A stretch of 64,000 nt of DNA from a virus. Lineage: Duplodnaviria > Caudoviricetes. The stretch's first letter is position 1; each line of letters starts with the position of its first letter. Under the pieces are notes generated by a model. The model did not search any database and was not told where the DNA came from. It saw nothing but the letters and a program-made list of their open reading frames with translations. Both the position numbers and the translations under genes were made by a program. Where the stretch lies: the IMG/VR virus record IMGVR_UViG_3300022555_000004; one strand, given 5' to 3'. Below, in pieces: positions 53,956-64,000 of this stretch.

Positions 53956-56900
53956 ATGAATAAAGGAATAGAAAATTCACAATTGAGTGAAATGGCAAAA
54001 AGAATATTTTTGGATTTGTATAGTTTCAGTGATGAAACTATTGACGATACATTCAAACGGGTTTCAAAAGAATTTGGTAACGATGATGATGCTAAATTAG
54101 CATATGACTTAATGAAGAAAAATATATGGCGTCCATCAACACCGATATTTTTTAATTCGGGGTCAACGAAAAAGATTTTTTCGGCATGTTGGGTGGTAAA
54201 CCTTGATGATAGTATGGATAGTATATATGATGTAGCAAATGTTGCAAGAAAAATCTTTCAGAGCGGTGCTGGCATTGGTATTCCTATTGGCAAGTTGCGT
54301 GAAAAGGAAGCTAATATATATGAAGGTCAGGAGAAAACTGATAATGTTCCCAGCGGACGTTCAAGCGGCCCAATATCATTTATGACATTATTTGATGCTG
54401 TTGGGGCAACAACAAAATCTGGTGGTAGAGCAAGACGAGCAGCTATTATGTGTGCTATGCCCATAAACCATCCTGATATTATGGAATTTATCGAATGTAA
54501 AAGTGTTGATGGTGTGTTGTCAAATATGAATATATCTGTATCTGTTACAGATGACTTTATGCAAGCATTCAAAGATAATATACCATATTCTTTGATATCA
54601 CCCGCCAATGGCCCTGTAAAGGAAATAAATGCTAGAGTTATTTGGGATAAGATTGTTGATATGGCACACAAGACTGCCGACCCTGGCGTTTTGTTTATTG
54701 ATACTATCAACAAATTCAATCCTCTGAAAAAAATATTGAAAATTGATTGCACAAATCCTTCGTTGAGGGCAGGAACAAAGGTTATTACTGATGGTGGTAT
54801 ATATCCGATAGAACAATTAGAAAACAAAAAATTTCTTGTTATAAATCAAAAGGGTGAATATTCACCAGCAAAATGCTTTTTATCAGGAAAAGAGAAAGAA
54901 TTGTTTGAAATAACATTAATGGGAGGTAAAAAGTATTATTCAACTGCCGAACATAAATGGCCAGTGTTGAATAACAACATATATGAAAAAAGACAGACAA
55001 CCGACCTCAAATCAGGCGATTACCTACCTATTGTAAGAATGAATTCTCTTGGATATGGTGTGAAGGGCAATTATGATGATGGTTTCGTTATTGGATGGAA
55101 TCTAGGAGATGGATGGATAACAGATAGAAAGGATAATGGTAAACGTCAGTATGGGTTTATATTTAGTAATGAAGATATTGAAAATGGAATATATGATAGG
55201 GTGATGAAAAAAATAACATCAATAACAAATAAAGTATATAATCCTTCAAAGATAGATGGTTGCATTGAATTTAATACAACAAATAATGATTTAGATACTT
55301 TCTTTAGGTCGTATGGTGTTGATAAAAAATCAACTGGGATGCCTTCTAGTGTATGGACAACAGCATCAGAGGAATTTAGAAAAGGGTTGATTGACGGTTT
55401 ATTTTCATCAGATGGTTATGTCGATAAATCTGGAAGCCGATGTGTTTTTTGCAGTAGTAATTATAAATTAGCATCAGATGTTTCAGAAATATTAGGATTT
55501 TATGGAATCAAAACAAGATTAACAGAGTCAACATCATCTAATATATCGTTTCCAAATGGAAAATTATATGGCAGAGCTTATACTAGATATTTCGTACAAT
55601 TGTTCACATCATCATTGATGCATTTTAGAGACATATTTACTCTTTCAAATAATAGGAAAAATGAGTTGATGTGGATGAAAAAATCATTAAATAAAGGTGG
55701 AATGGTATATGATAATATTAAAATAAAGAGTATAACCAAAACAGATATAAAAGAAGATGTGTGGGATATTAGTGTTTTTGATGATACACATACTTTTAAA
55801 CTTTCTCATGTGATCACAGGAAATTGCGGCGAACAGCCTTTGATTCCATATACATCTTGTAATTTGAGTTCAATCAATTTACATAGATTTTGTAGTAATG
55901 ATGGATATAATTTTGATGGACTATATAAAACAGCATACAATGTTACAAGATTGATGGATAATCTTATTGATAATATGGAATTTCCAGATGAACGGTTCAA
56001 AATTAATGTATTGAAGTATCGTCCAATAGGTGTTGGTATTATGGGGTTGGCGGACACTTTATATGAAATGGGTTTGCCATATGATGATAAAGAAGGACAG
56101 ATATTTGCTGAAAAATGTATGAAGATTGTTACTACAGCCAGCTTAGAGGCTAGTTCTGATATAGCAAAGGAAAAAGGAACATTTACTGATTATAAACTTG
56201 TAGAAGATGATGTTTTAGAAATTGTATCTTCTTTTATTGATGACCCATCAGTATTAGAAAAAATTAAAAAATATGGTTTGAGAAATTGTCAACACACAAC
56301 GGTGGCGCCAACCGGAAGTATTGCTTTATCATGTGATTGTTCATATGGTATGGAACCGAGTTTTGGTTTAGTATTTCAAAAAAGATTGGTTGAATCTGGT
56401 GATACATATATTTTAGTCAATCCAATATTCAAAAAGAAGTATGAAAACGAATCATGGTATACACCTGAAATGATTGAGAAAATCGTTCAAAACGGAGGGT
56501 CATTGAAGGGTATTAGAGGAATACCAAAAGAAGTACGTGAAGTATTTGTTGTTGCTCATGATATTAAAGCTAAGGATAGAATTGATATGCAGTCTGTATT
56601 ACAAAAACACGTATCGACTGCCATTAGTAGCACGACAAATTTACCATCCACAACAACAAGGGATGAAATATCTGAAATATATAGATATGCTTATCAAAAA
56701 GGACTGAAAGGTGTTACAATTTATAGGGATGGTTCTAAAAAATTGCAACCCATTTCTTTTTCAAATAAAGAGAAAGTAGAGGTTGTTCCTAATTTTAAAC
56801 GACCTACAAAATTATTAGCAGTTAGACATGAAGTTGAAACCGGCAATGGTAAAATGTATATCATCGTATCAACACATGATGGCAAACCTGTAGAAGTTTT

Positions 56901-57258
56901 TCTTTCAATGGGTAAATCTGGACAATTATTCAATAGTTTTTGTGAGGGTCTTGGAAGAACCGTATCCATTGCGTTACAACACGGAACGCCGGTAGCGGCA
57001 ATCATCAAAACCCTTGAAGGAATAAATTCAGACCGTCCTAATTGGTTCAGGTTTGAGGAAACAGATAAAAAGCCAACACAAATATTGTCGATTCCAGATG
57101 CTATAGCAAAATTATTGGAACGATATTACCTGAATGATAATAAAATCATCAATGTTGAATCAGAAGGTGAATTATGTCTAAAATGTGGTAGATATGCTGT
57201 TATACCTTTTGAAGGATGCCATATATGCACATCATGTAATGATAGTCGGTGCGGATAA
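53956..57258 (+). CDS. nrdJ: Class II (adenosylcobalamin) ribonucleotide reductase with intein and C-terminal TSCPD/Zn-ribbon
   Basis: SAC, GAG.G, RRAA, HPDI.EFI.CK, NISV, TNP/CGEQPL, APTG, KGVTIYRDGS. Confidence 0.93.
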   Translation: MNKGIENSQLSEMAKRIFLDLYSFSDETIDDTFKRVSKEFGNDDDAKLAYDLMKKNIWRPSTPIFFNSGSTKKIFSACWVVNLDDSMDSIYDVANVARKIFQSGAGIGIPIGKLREKEANIYEGQEKTDNVPSGRSSGPISFMTLFDAVGATTKSGGRARRAAIMCAMPINHPDIMEFIECKSVDGVLSNMNISVSVTDDFMQAFKDNIPYSLISPANGPVKEINARVIWDKIVDMAHKTADPGVLFIDTINKFNPLKKILKIDCTNPSLRAGTKVITDGGIYPIEQLENKKFLVINQKGEYSPAKCFLSGKEKELFEITLMGGKKYYSTAEHKWPVLNNNIYEKRQTTDLKSGDYLPIVRMNSLGYGVKGNYDDGFVIGWNLGDGWITDRKDNGKRQYGFIFSNEDIENGIYDRVMKKITSITNKVYNPSKIDGCIEFNTTNNDLDTFFRSYGVDKKSTGMPSSVWTTASEEFRKGLIDGLFSSDGYVDKSGSRCVFCSSNYKLASDVSEILGFYGIKTRLTESTSSNISFPNGKLYGRAYTRYFVQLFTSSLMHFRDIFTLSNNRKNELMWMKKSLNKGGMVYDNIKIKSITKTDIKEDVWDISVFDDTHTFKLSHVITGNCGEQPLIPYTSCNLSSINLHRFCSNDGYNFDGLYKTAYNVTRLMDNLIDNMEFPDERFKINVLKYRPIGVGIMGLADTLYEMGLPYDDKEGQIFAEKCMKIVTTASLEASSDIAKEKGTFTDYKLVEDDVLEIVSSFIDDPSVLEKIKKYGLRNCQHTTVAPTGSIALSCDCSYGMEPSFGLVFQKRLVESGDTYILVNPIFKKKYENESWYTPEMIEKIVQNGGSLKGIRGIPKEVREVFVVAHDIKAKDRIDMQSVLQKHVSTAISSTTNLPSTTTRDEISEIYRYAYQKGLKGVTIYRDGSKKLQPISFSNKEKVEVVPNFKRPTKLLAVRHEVETGNGKMYIIVSTHDGKPVEVFLSMGKSGQLFNSFCEGLGRTVSIALQHGTPVAAIIKTLEGINSDRPNWFRFEETDKKPTQILSIPDAIAKLLERYYLNDNKIINVESEGELCLKCGRYAVIPFEGCHICTSCNDSRCG
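54760..55824 (+). mobile_element. 355-aa intein with LAGLIDADG endonuclease
   Basis: Interrupts TNP|CGEQ; begins SLRAGTKV, has TAEHKW block B, GWNLGDG and GLFSSDG motifs; ends ITGN. Confidence 0.92.
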
Positions 57259-57277
57259 ATTAAGTGAGGTATTTGAT

Positions 57278-57544
57278 ATGTTTGATGATATTTTAGATGA
57301 TAAAAAAGATGATAAAAAGATGTGGGTTTTTTATGTTAAGAGTGTAAGTAAGGACAGTAATGGCATGCCACTTGTCAATATTAGCATTGACTCTGTAAGT
57401 TCAAAACTTGATAACGGATATGTATTAGAAGATGGTAGATTTATCAACAAAGAACAAGTGATAAATGAAATAACACCAACAAATAAAGAAAGTATAAATG
57501 ATGTAAACAATGCTGCAATATTTGTTGAGAATTTAAAAACTTGA
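57278..57544 (+). CDS. Hypothetical protein
   Basis: GAGG RBS before MFDDIL. Confidence 0.65.
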   Translation: MFDDILDDKKDDKKMWVFYVKSVSKDSNGMPLVNISIDSVSSKLDNGYVLEDGRFINKEQVINEITPTNKESINDVNNAAIFVENLKT

Positions 57545-57592
57545 CTTTAGTATAAAAAAATGTTAGGATAAAATAAAAAAGAGGAAAATGTT

Positions 57593-57865
57593 ATGTGGAA
57601 TAAAATTGTGGCATGGATTGTTATTGTTGTTATGTGTTTATCAATGGTTGCCTGTGGTAGTTCAAAGGTGATTGATGGTGTTACATATGAAACATATGGC
57701 TTATTCAACAAAAATGAAGAAAAAGACGATAATATCAAATATAAAACCATTATCGGCAATGTTGTATGGGGCATCATTTTGTTTGAAACCATTGTAGCTC
57801 CAGTGTATTTTTTCGGATTTTCACTTTATGAACCAATTGAAAAGAAAACAAAAACAGCCAAATAA
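57593..57865 (+). CDS. Putative lipoprotein or membrane protein
   Basis: Signal peptide with MVAC lipobox-like site and second TM segment. Confidence 0.75.
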   Translation: MWNKIVAWIVIVVMCLSMVACGSSKVIDGVTYETYGLFNKNEEKDDNIKYKTIIGNVVWGIILFETIVAPVYFFGFSLYEPIEKKTKTAK

Positions 57866-57888
57866 AATTGAAAGGTAGTTTATACTAC

Positions 57889-57966
57889 ATGAGTATAATG
57901 TTAAATGAGAACAGCGGCAGTAGAGTATGGTTTTCATCGGATTATCATTTTGATCATATTTTTTGA
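57889..57966 (+). pseudogene. Duplicated 5' fragment of the metallophosphoesterase gene
   Basis: MSIMLNENSGSRVWFSSDYHFDHIF*; synonymous-variant copy at 58621. Confidence 0.8.
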
Positions 57967-58012
57967 AATATTTTTATAAATAGTGTATATCAAATTAAAA
58001 GGGGAAATATAC

Positions 58013-58600
58013 ATGAATAATAAAAAATTCTTTGGAAAAGATAATTCAAATTATAAACACGGAAAAACGGTAAAAGGGTATAAAGATTTGTGTGTCTGTG
58101 GAAGAGAAAAAGATGTAAGAGCCAAACAATGTTCGTTATGCGCACATAGAGGGTATCCGAAAGAAAAAGAAAAATTTAGAGAAGAACAATTGAAATTGAT
58201 AATTGAAAATATTCAACACCACAACTCTTTTCTTGAATTATCTAAAGTAATCGGAGTTCCTAGAAAAACAATTAAAATCATAACCGACACATATAATATA
58301 GAAATAGGGCATTTCAAACCATGTGCTCAACGGCCAACATCATTTGAAGATATTTTTAAAAATGACGGCGGAGTTAGAAGCGGCAAAGTAAAAAATTATA
58401 TAATCAAACATAATATATTAGAATATAAATGTGATATATGTGGATTGAATGGCGAGAGGATGGGCAATAAATTGACATTACATTTAGATCATAAAGACGG
58501 TGTATGCGGTAATAATACAATTGAAAATTTAAGATTTTTATGCCCAAATTGTCATGAACAAACAGATACAAATAAAGGCAAAAACAAGAAATATCATTAA
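58013..58600 (+). mobile_element. HNH homing endonuclease
   Basis: C.ICG...LHLDHKDG...NN.IENLRFLCPNCH.QT; late promoter at 57975. Confidence 0.9.
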
Positions 58601-58620
58601 ATTTAACGAAAGGACGCATA

Positions 58621-59126
58621 ATGAGTATTATGTTGAATGAGAATAGTGGTAGTCGGGTATGGTTTTCATCCGACTATCACTGACCGATTTTGACCATTTT
58701 AATATTATTAGATATTGTGATAGACCTTTTGTAACGGTTGAAGAAATGAATGCAGAAATTATACGAAGACACAATGAGGTCGTAAAGAAAACGGATATTG
58801 TGTTTTGTTTAGGCGACATATCATTCAATCATTCTCTTGACCATCTTCATAAAATGAATGGAACGTTTATTACAGTTCGTGGTAATCACGATGATAGGCA
58901 TGTGAAGAAAATATCACCAGCAGACCTTGTTGTTGAATACTATAAGATACGTCTTTTATGCCTACATAAGCCCGACAATATATATGGTAATTTTAATTTG
59001 AATGTATGTGGCCATGTTCATCAACATTGGATTTATCGAAAAGATATAAATGCTTTGAATGTTGGTGTTGATGTTCATGATTTTTATCCGGTGTCATTAG
59101 ACCAAGTATTAAAGTATTGTAAATAA
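58621..59126 (+). CDS. Calcineurin-like metallophosphoesterase (8-nt insertion near 58681 breaks the frame)
   Basis: WFSSDYH, LGD, RGNHD, GHVH, NVGVD motifs. Confidence 0.8.
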
Positions 59127-59134
59127 AGGAAATT

Positions 59135-59470
59135 ATGAGAAAAGAATTAGGAAAAATAGAAAAGATAGAATTTGGGGTAGGCGGATATCAAGACGCTTGT
59201 ATTGGATTACATATTACTTTATCCGGTGAAGGATGGGGGGTAGGTGCATCAAAAGAAGCATGGGATGCAAATATGATTGTGTGGTCAGAATATTGTAAAT
59301 GGACGGAAGAAGATAGGTCAAAACAGTATGATGAAATTGTTCGATATATTTCAGACCTTCTTCATGAAGCAAAAGTATCAAATATAACACAATTGAAGGG
59401 TAAACCAGTCGAAGCTACATTTGATGGTCTTATGTTGGTATCTTGGCGTATATTGACGGAGGTTTTATAA
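59135..59470 (+). CDS. Hypothetical protein
   Basis: ORF track; RBS. Confidence 0.75.
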   Translation: MRKELGKIEKIEFGVGGYQDACIGLHITLSGEGWGVGASKEAWDANMIVWSEYCKWTEEDRSKQYDEIVRYISDLLHEAKVSNITQLKGKPVEATFDGLMLVSWRILTEVL

Positions 59471-59473
59471 AAT

Positions 59474-59746
59474 ATGAAAATATTTGGATTGAAATTTTTT
59501 GAAAAAGATGATATAAAGAGTTGTGGATGTGGATGTGGTTGTTCTATTGATGGCGGCCCAAATATTGGCGAAATATGGAATTATGTATCAGCGGATCCAT
59601 TTTTTGCGCCAGCAGAAGTTGTGATAGTTGATAAAATTGCCGGATATGTTAGATATAATCTATTGACAGGCACCACACCAATGAGTATGAGCATCAAATC
59701 GTTTATAACAGTGTATAAAAAGGGGAGATTGAATGGAAATGGTTAG
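59474..59746 (+). CDS. Hypothetical protein
   Basis: GGAGG RBS. Confidence 0.65.
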   Translation: MKIFGLKFFEKDDIKSCGCGCGCSIDGGPNIGEIWNYVSADPFFAPAEVVIVDKIAGYVRYNLLTGTTPMSMSIKSFITVYKKGRLNGNG

Positions 59747-60038
59747 ACAACTGAATGGGTCGGAAATTGCAGATGAATTGGGTATTACACGACAGGCCGT
59801 ATCAAATATTTTAAAACGAGCAATGAGGAAATTTTATATACAAGCAAGGAAGTTGGATGCCGAGTGGGGGCCGTTTGAATGTTCATGTGCTATGATGCGA
59901 ATGTTAAAAGTTGATAATAATGCAGAGGAAATTAAAAAGTTTTATATGTTGTTTCCACCTGATATTAGGGATGAAATTGAACAGGATGCTTTAGACAATC
60001 ATGTATCAAAAAAAACAAGAGAGGAATATTCACAATGA
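59733..60038 (+). CDS. Sigma70 region 4-like HTH protein
   Basis: SEIADELGITRQAVSNILKRAMRK. Confidence 0.75.
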   Translation: MEMVRQLNGSEIADELGITRQAVSNILKRAMRKFYIQARKLDAEWGPFECSCAMMRMLKVDNNAEEIKKFYMLFPPDIRDEIEQDALDNHVSKKTREEYSQ

Positions 60039-60223
60039 ATCCCTGTCTAACACGTTGTATTGATTGTGCTTTTTCAGAAGAAATACCAAAAAGATTAAAA
60101 TGTAATCATGGATTTTTCAATGTAAAAATTACCGATGGTATTTTATTAGTTCCAATGGATTCAGATTGTGTTTTATATGAACCTAAAAATATAACATCGG
60201 AGAAAAAATATGAAAAAGAATAA
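60035..60223 (+). CDS. Small Cys-rich protein
   Basis: CIDC..C..C. Confidence 0.6.
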   Translation: MNPCLTRCIDCAFSEEIPKRLKCNHGFFNVKITDGILLVPMDSDCVLYEPKNITSEKKYEKE

Positions 60224-60346
60224 AGAGAAAAAAATTGAAAAAGAAGTAAAAAAAGAAGTAAAAAACATTCCACTAACAACCAGCCTTCTATCACCAGAAA
60301 AAGCACAAGAAATCATTATAAAAATATTAAATCGTTGGGAAATAAA

Positions 60347-61327
60347 ATGATATTACACCAAACAATTACAGATTTTCTTTCACAATATGGCACGATATAT
60401 GTGAAAGGAAATTCTATTGGATCTCGTTGTCCTCTTTGTGGTGATAGTAAGAAATCAAAACTCAAACGAAGATTTAGTGTAACATATGATAATGGTTGTG
60501 CATTTTATAACTGTTTCAATTGCGGTCGAACAGGAACCTTTGCTGAGCTAGTATCAGAATTAAAAGGCATTCCCATAGGTGAGGCAATACGTGAAGTCGA
60601 AACAATTGAATTTGATGATATAAAAAAAACATTGACCAAAGCCGTTTCCGCCGTAAAAGTAATACCGGAAGAACAAAATCTTACTTCTATTTTAGATGAT
60701 TGTATATCAGTAGATTCCAATGTTTCTAGTTATTTTGATAAACAATATCAAAAAATTTTAGTATCATTTTTGGATTCCAGAAAAATCCCATTAGACTATA
60801 AAATTTTTATTGCCAATAAAGGGGAATACAAAGGACGATATATAATTCCTGTATATCATGGTAATGAAATTGTATATTTTCAAGGTCGGGCAATGGATGA
60901 TACAGTTGAACCAAGATTTAAAAATCCGTTGATTGAAAAAACCGGCATTATAATGAATATTGATTATTTCAAACGAGATAAATTTATTATTGTTACAGAA
61001 GGTGTTATAGATGCTATGATGGTTGAAGATCATCAAGGAACATGTGTATTAGGCGGCAGTATATCAGATGATTTTCTTATAGAACTATACAAATACACAG
61101 ACAAAGGTATCATTATTGCTGTTGATACTGATGAACGTGGCGAAAAGGAAAGAAATAAACTTATTGAGTCAAGTAAATATGGCAAATTACTCAAATATTT
61201 TATTCCACCAGATGAAATTAAGGATTTGAATGAGTTCAAGAAAAAACGGAATATACCAAACATGTATGATTATGTAACTAATAAATGTATAGATTACTGG
61301 ACATTATCAGTTCATAAGTCAATATAA
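60347..61327 (+). CDS. gp61: DNA primase (T4 gp61-like)
   Basis: RCPLCGDS...CFNC Zn finger; IIPVY...YFQGRA; TEG..DA; DxD Toprim; KDLNE. Confidence 0.92.
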   Translation: MILHQTITDFLSQYGTIYVKGNSIGSRCPLCGDSKKSKLKRRFSVTYDNGCAFYNCFNCGRTGTFAELVSELKGIPIGEAIREVETIEFDDIKKTLTKAVSAVKVIPEEQNLTSILDDCISVDSNVSSYFDKQYQKILVSFLDSRKIPLDYKIFIANKGEYKGRYIIPVYHGNEIVYFQGRAMDDTVEPRFKNPLIEKTGIIMNIDYFKRDKFIIVTEGVIDAMMVEDHQGTCVLGGSISDDFLIELYKYTDKGIIIAVDTDERGEKERNKLIESSKYGKLLKYFIPPDEIKDLNEFKKKRNIPNMYDYVTNKCIDYWTLSVHKSI

Positions 61328-61437
61328 AGATTCGATGACCATCAGTTTAATTGCTGATGGTTTTTTTGCATATATTGAAAAAATTCTTTACAAAGTGTAT
61401 AAATAACCATATGAAAACTATGTTGGAGGAATCTCAT

Positions 61438-61905
61438 ATGAAATTGACACTTATAGGCGATGATTTTGTTGTTATAAATGAACAAAATATAGAAGAATTA
61501 TCTAAAAAATTAGATAGAAAAATACATCTTATCAAACTTAATTTTACGGAACCTACCAGAGATAGGATACTTTTTGTTATAAATACCTTTGTAAAAACAA
61601 ACAGATATGTTATTTCTAATAATATACGATTTTATAATGATGTATTGAAGACAACAGGAAAAAAATATTATATTGAGAATGAAGTCGGGGCAAATCTTAT
61701 ATCATACCTTAGAAAAAATAACAAAATTTTAGTGAATTTCAATAATTTGAGAAAAAACGAATCGGATGTGATGTTAGATGAAAAAATATTATTAGATTTA
61801 TTGCGAAATGTCGAAGTGATACAGATTTCAAAAGAAGTGTATTGTAAATATGTAAATATATTCAATACATGGGATGGAAACATAGTAATGGAGAAAACAA
61901 CATGA
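61438..61905 (+). CDS. Hypothetical protein
   Basis: GGAGG RBS; late promoter at 61398. Confidence 0.7.
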   Translation: MKLTLIGDDFVVINEQNIEELSKKLDRKIHLIKLNFTEPTRDRILFVINTFVKTNRYVISNNIRFYNDVLKTTGKKYYIENEVGANLISYLRKNNKILVNFNNLRKNESDVMLDEKILLDLLRNVEVIQISKEVYCKYVNIFNTWDGNIVMEKTT

Positions 61906-62192
61906 ATGTAGAAGAAAAATATTTGAATGAGGATTTTTATAGAAAAAGACCTACTGATAGTCGAAAAACAGATGATGTAATCAAAAGCAGAGAAGTTATA
62001 ATGCAGGATTCCACTGAAAGTAAAAAAATTGGTTATGAATATAGTAAATTCTGTGGCAATTGTAAACATTCAAAACAAAGCGGCCCAGATGTTATTTGTA
62101 AAAATCGTGTTGTTATGGATTTGATATTTCCACAGCAAGAAGATATTTGGGTAGAAAAATTATGCGTTTGTAAATATCATAAAAGGTATTAA
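61902..62192 (+). CDS. Cys-containing hypothetical protein
   Basis: MNVEEKYLNE start; CGNC..C..C; similar layout to 34242-34475. Confidence 0.7.
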   Translation: MNVEEKYLNEDFYRKRPTDSRKTDDVIKSREVIMQDSTESKKIGYEYSKFCGNCKHSKQSGPDVICKNRVVMDLIFPQQEDIWVEKLCVCKYHKRY

Positions 62193-62195
62193 AAA

Positions 62196-62531
62196 ATGAA
62201 ACTAAACGAACATTTCAAATTTCATGATATGGTAAAAGAACTTAGTGAAAAGGTCGGTCTTTTTGATTCTGATATTGATTATATTATAAAAGACGATAAA
62301 TTGAAAAATAGTTACGTAGTTACCTCATGGACGACAGGTAAGGCACCCAAAAACGTTTATACTGTAAGTAAAGCCGGTAATAAATGGTCATGTAATTGCC
62401 CGACAAAAACATCGTATTGCAAACATATTGATATGGTAAAAGAATGGATAAAAGATGGTAAACCAAATCCATTGATTGATAAAGATACAGATAATGACTT
62501 TGCAAAATTGTTGAAGAAAATAAGAAGCTAA
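62196..62531 (+). CDS. SWIM Zn-finger protein
   Basis: YTV...WSCNCP....CKHI. Confidence 0.75.
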   Translation: MKLNEHFKFHDMVKELSEKVGLFDSDIDYIIKDDKLKNSYVVTSWTTGKAPKNVYTVSKAGNKWSCNCPTKTSYCKHIDMVKEWIKDGKPNPLIDKDTDNDFAKLLKKIRS

Positions 62532-62554
62532 TGTTTGATAGGAAAATGTGATAT

Positions 62555-63346
62555 ATGAAAATAAATAATGTTCTTATAGGGCCATTTCTTGGCGATTTTA
62601 GATCCGAAATCATAGATTTCCGTCCTTATACCCGATGGGTTTATGAGGTATTGAAACCAGCAAAAATGTTTGTAGCGACCCATTCAAATAGAAGTTTTCT
62701 ATATGATTGGGCTACAGTGTTGCCGGTGTTTGAAGATTTTTCAAGGGATGAACTAAATCAAAACGGGTTCATGCATAATTTCGTATCACAAAAGGATTTG
62801 AACATTGTTATCAAAAAGATAAAATCGGATATGGTAAAACAAACATTACCTGAAAAGGATTTTGTTCATTTGACTACCTTATATTCTAAAAATGTTCATT
62901 GGTTTCCATTATATAAAAAAATCTATTCACAAGTTGATATGGGCAAAAAGAAAAACAATACAATATTGTTCATACCAAATATTGGTGAAAAATATGCTGT
63001 AGTAAAGGATATATACGATTTTTTATGTGAAAAATATGGTGATACTGTTGTTGTTGCTGGTGATATGAAAATACATTTACATGAAAATAATATTATGCTC
63101 AAAAATCCTACCTATTTTACTGATGTTTATTATGATGTAATCAAATTGATATCAGAATCAAAAGTTGTAATAACACCAAATTCACATTGGACTGTGTTAG
63201 CCTTAGTACAAAAAACGCCGGTATTTTCTTGGGGTTTGATGGCGAAGTATTTTAGTAATGATACTAATCATATGTTGTTACATGAAAATGTTCCAACGGA
63301 TTATTTGAAAAAAATGATGGAAGTTTTTATAAATAATATAAAGTAA
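62555..63346 (+). CDS. Glycosyltransferase-like hypothetical protein
   Basis: GPFLGDF.SE N-terminus; VITPNSHW..LA...TPVF.W C-terminus. Confidence 0.55.
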   Translation: MKINNVLIGPFLGDFRSEIIDFRPYTRWVYEVLKPAKMFVATHSNRSFLYDWATVLPVFEDFSRDELNQNGFMHNFVSQKDLNIVIKKIKSDMVKQTLPEKDFVHLTTLYSKNVHWFPLYKKIYSQVDMGKKKNNTILFIPNIGEKYAVVKDIYDFLCEKYGDTVVVAGDMKIHLHENNIMLKNPTYFTDVYYDVIKLISESKVVITPNSHWTVLALVQKTPVFSWGLMAKYFSNDTNHMLLHENVPTDYLKKMMEVFINNIK

Positions 63347-63364
63347 TCTTCCAAGAGGATAATA

Positions 63365-64000
63365 ATGACAAGTAGTGTATCTAAAATCAGTGGTAATTCA
63401 GGTGTATCCGTACAAGGGGCGTATGGTATTGAACTATATATAAAAGGCGGCACGGATTATTACCGTCTAATGTGTGTATATAAACCAAAAGACTCTGATT
63501 ATGATGTAACAAGGATATATTCATCAGATTTCGTTGAAAATCAAAATCTATTCATATTTACCCTGACACCAAAAGCCGGTGAAATAGGGGCAACATACAT
63601 CCCATCCGAATTATCATTTGATGATCTTTTTACAAACGACCCTGTAACAGATTTTTCTGGATCAGAAATTTACATAAAAAACAACTCACCTATTCATAGA
63701 TACATCAACAATAACGGACATTCATCTTATATAAACACTAGAAAACCATATCTATATTTTGGAAAACTTTATCCTAAAGATCCAGAAACGAATACAATTA
63801 GTGTCGAAACATATTTTATGAAAGACTATGCCTTGGATTCTTTGCCTGAACATCAGAGAACGGATAATTTACGAGAATTTTTTGGTGTTGCGTTTGATGA
63901 ACTATATTCACAGGTATATTATAAAATAAGAAACATTCTATCTTTGTCCGATCCATATGAAACAAGTGACGAATATTTGCAATATCTATTAGAAACATAT
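63365..64000 (+). CDS. Probable structural (baseplate/tail-like) gene, partial at right edge
   Basis: Open to window end; SLPEHQR...F..FD...L.DP...EYL.YL pattern. Confidence 0.55.
   Translation, partial: MTSSVSKISGNSGVSVQGAYGIELYIKGGTDYYRLMCVYKPKDSDYDVTRIYSSDFVENQNLFIFTLTPKAGEIGATYIPSELSFDDLFTNDPVTDFSGSEIYIKNNSPIHRYINNNGHSSYINTRKPYLYFGKLYPKDPETNTISVETYFMKDYALDSLPEHQRTDNLREFFGVAFDELYSQVYYKIRNILSLSDPYETSDEYLQYLLETY

Noticed and set aside
57889-58700. Self-splicing intron carrying the HNH gene
   Set aside because: The interval is filled by the HNH ORF and the duplicate start, leaving no room for a group I/II core.
2063-63998. Many ORF-track entries antisense to or nested in real genes (e.g. 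3528-3860, 9149-9493, 14339-14755, 25976-26482, 44765-45187, 54327-54827) and ORFs over tRNAs (17022-17342, 19365-19586, 32735-33241)
   Set aside because: Shadow frames without RBS or motifs, overlapping well-supported genes or RNAs.
1-64000. Diversity-generating retroelement, retron or integrase module
   Set aside because: No reverse transcriptase or recombinase motifs, and no repeat pair differing only at adenines.

Overview
64 kb of an AT-rich (roughly 30% GC by eye) large T4-like phage genome. Evidence: gp44/gp62-like clamp loader, gp45-like clamp, gp61-like primase, T4-type RNase H, TATAAATA late promoters and many perfect sigma70 early promoters. No rRNA, CRISPR array, integrase or reverse transcriptase was seen. 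The left two-thirds (to about 42.8 kb) is read almost entirely on the minus strand. It holds accessory genes (NAD ligase, ThyX-like, Rnl2-type RNA ligase, radical SAM, acetyltransferase, heptosyltransferase-like), several GIY-YIG/HNH homing endonucleases, about 24 tRNA genes, at least 6 further tRNA-like mimics and several intergenic structured-RNA candidates. The right third is a plus-strand replication module with an intein-containing class II RNR. A PxxKW-type Cys-rich gene suggests a Desulfobacterota host (inference). Top candidates: (1) a compact phage-encoded ubiquitin-like conjugation cluster, Ubl - E2-like - ThiF/E1 - JAB, at 48140-50979; (2) a covarying three-way-junction element plus an antisense late promoter upstream of two GIY-YIG genes; (3) a family of small proteins sharing a C-terminal LDDELFEL tag; (4) a ~0.9 kb non-coding region with repeated GGAMTTA motifs and T-loop hairpins; (5) tRNA mimics lacking or interrupting the anticodon arm, alongside RNA-repair genes. 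Caveat: at least six genes are broken by 1-2 nt indels in short homopolymers or dinucleotide runs, so the sequence probably carries consensus errors and single-base oddities are unreliable. All family calls come from motif recognition by eye, not database searches.
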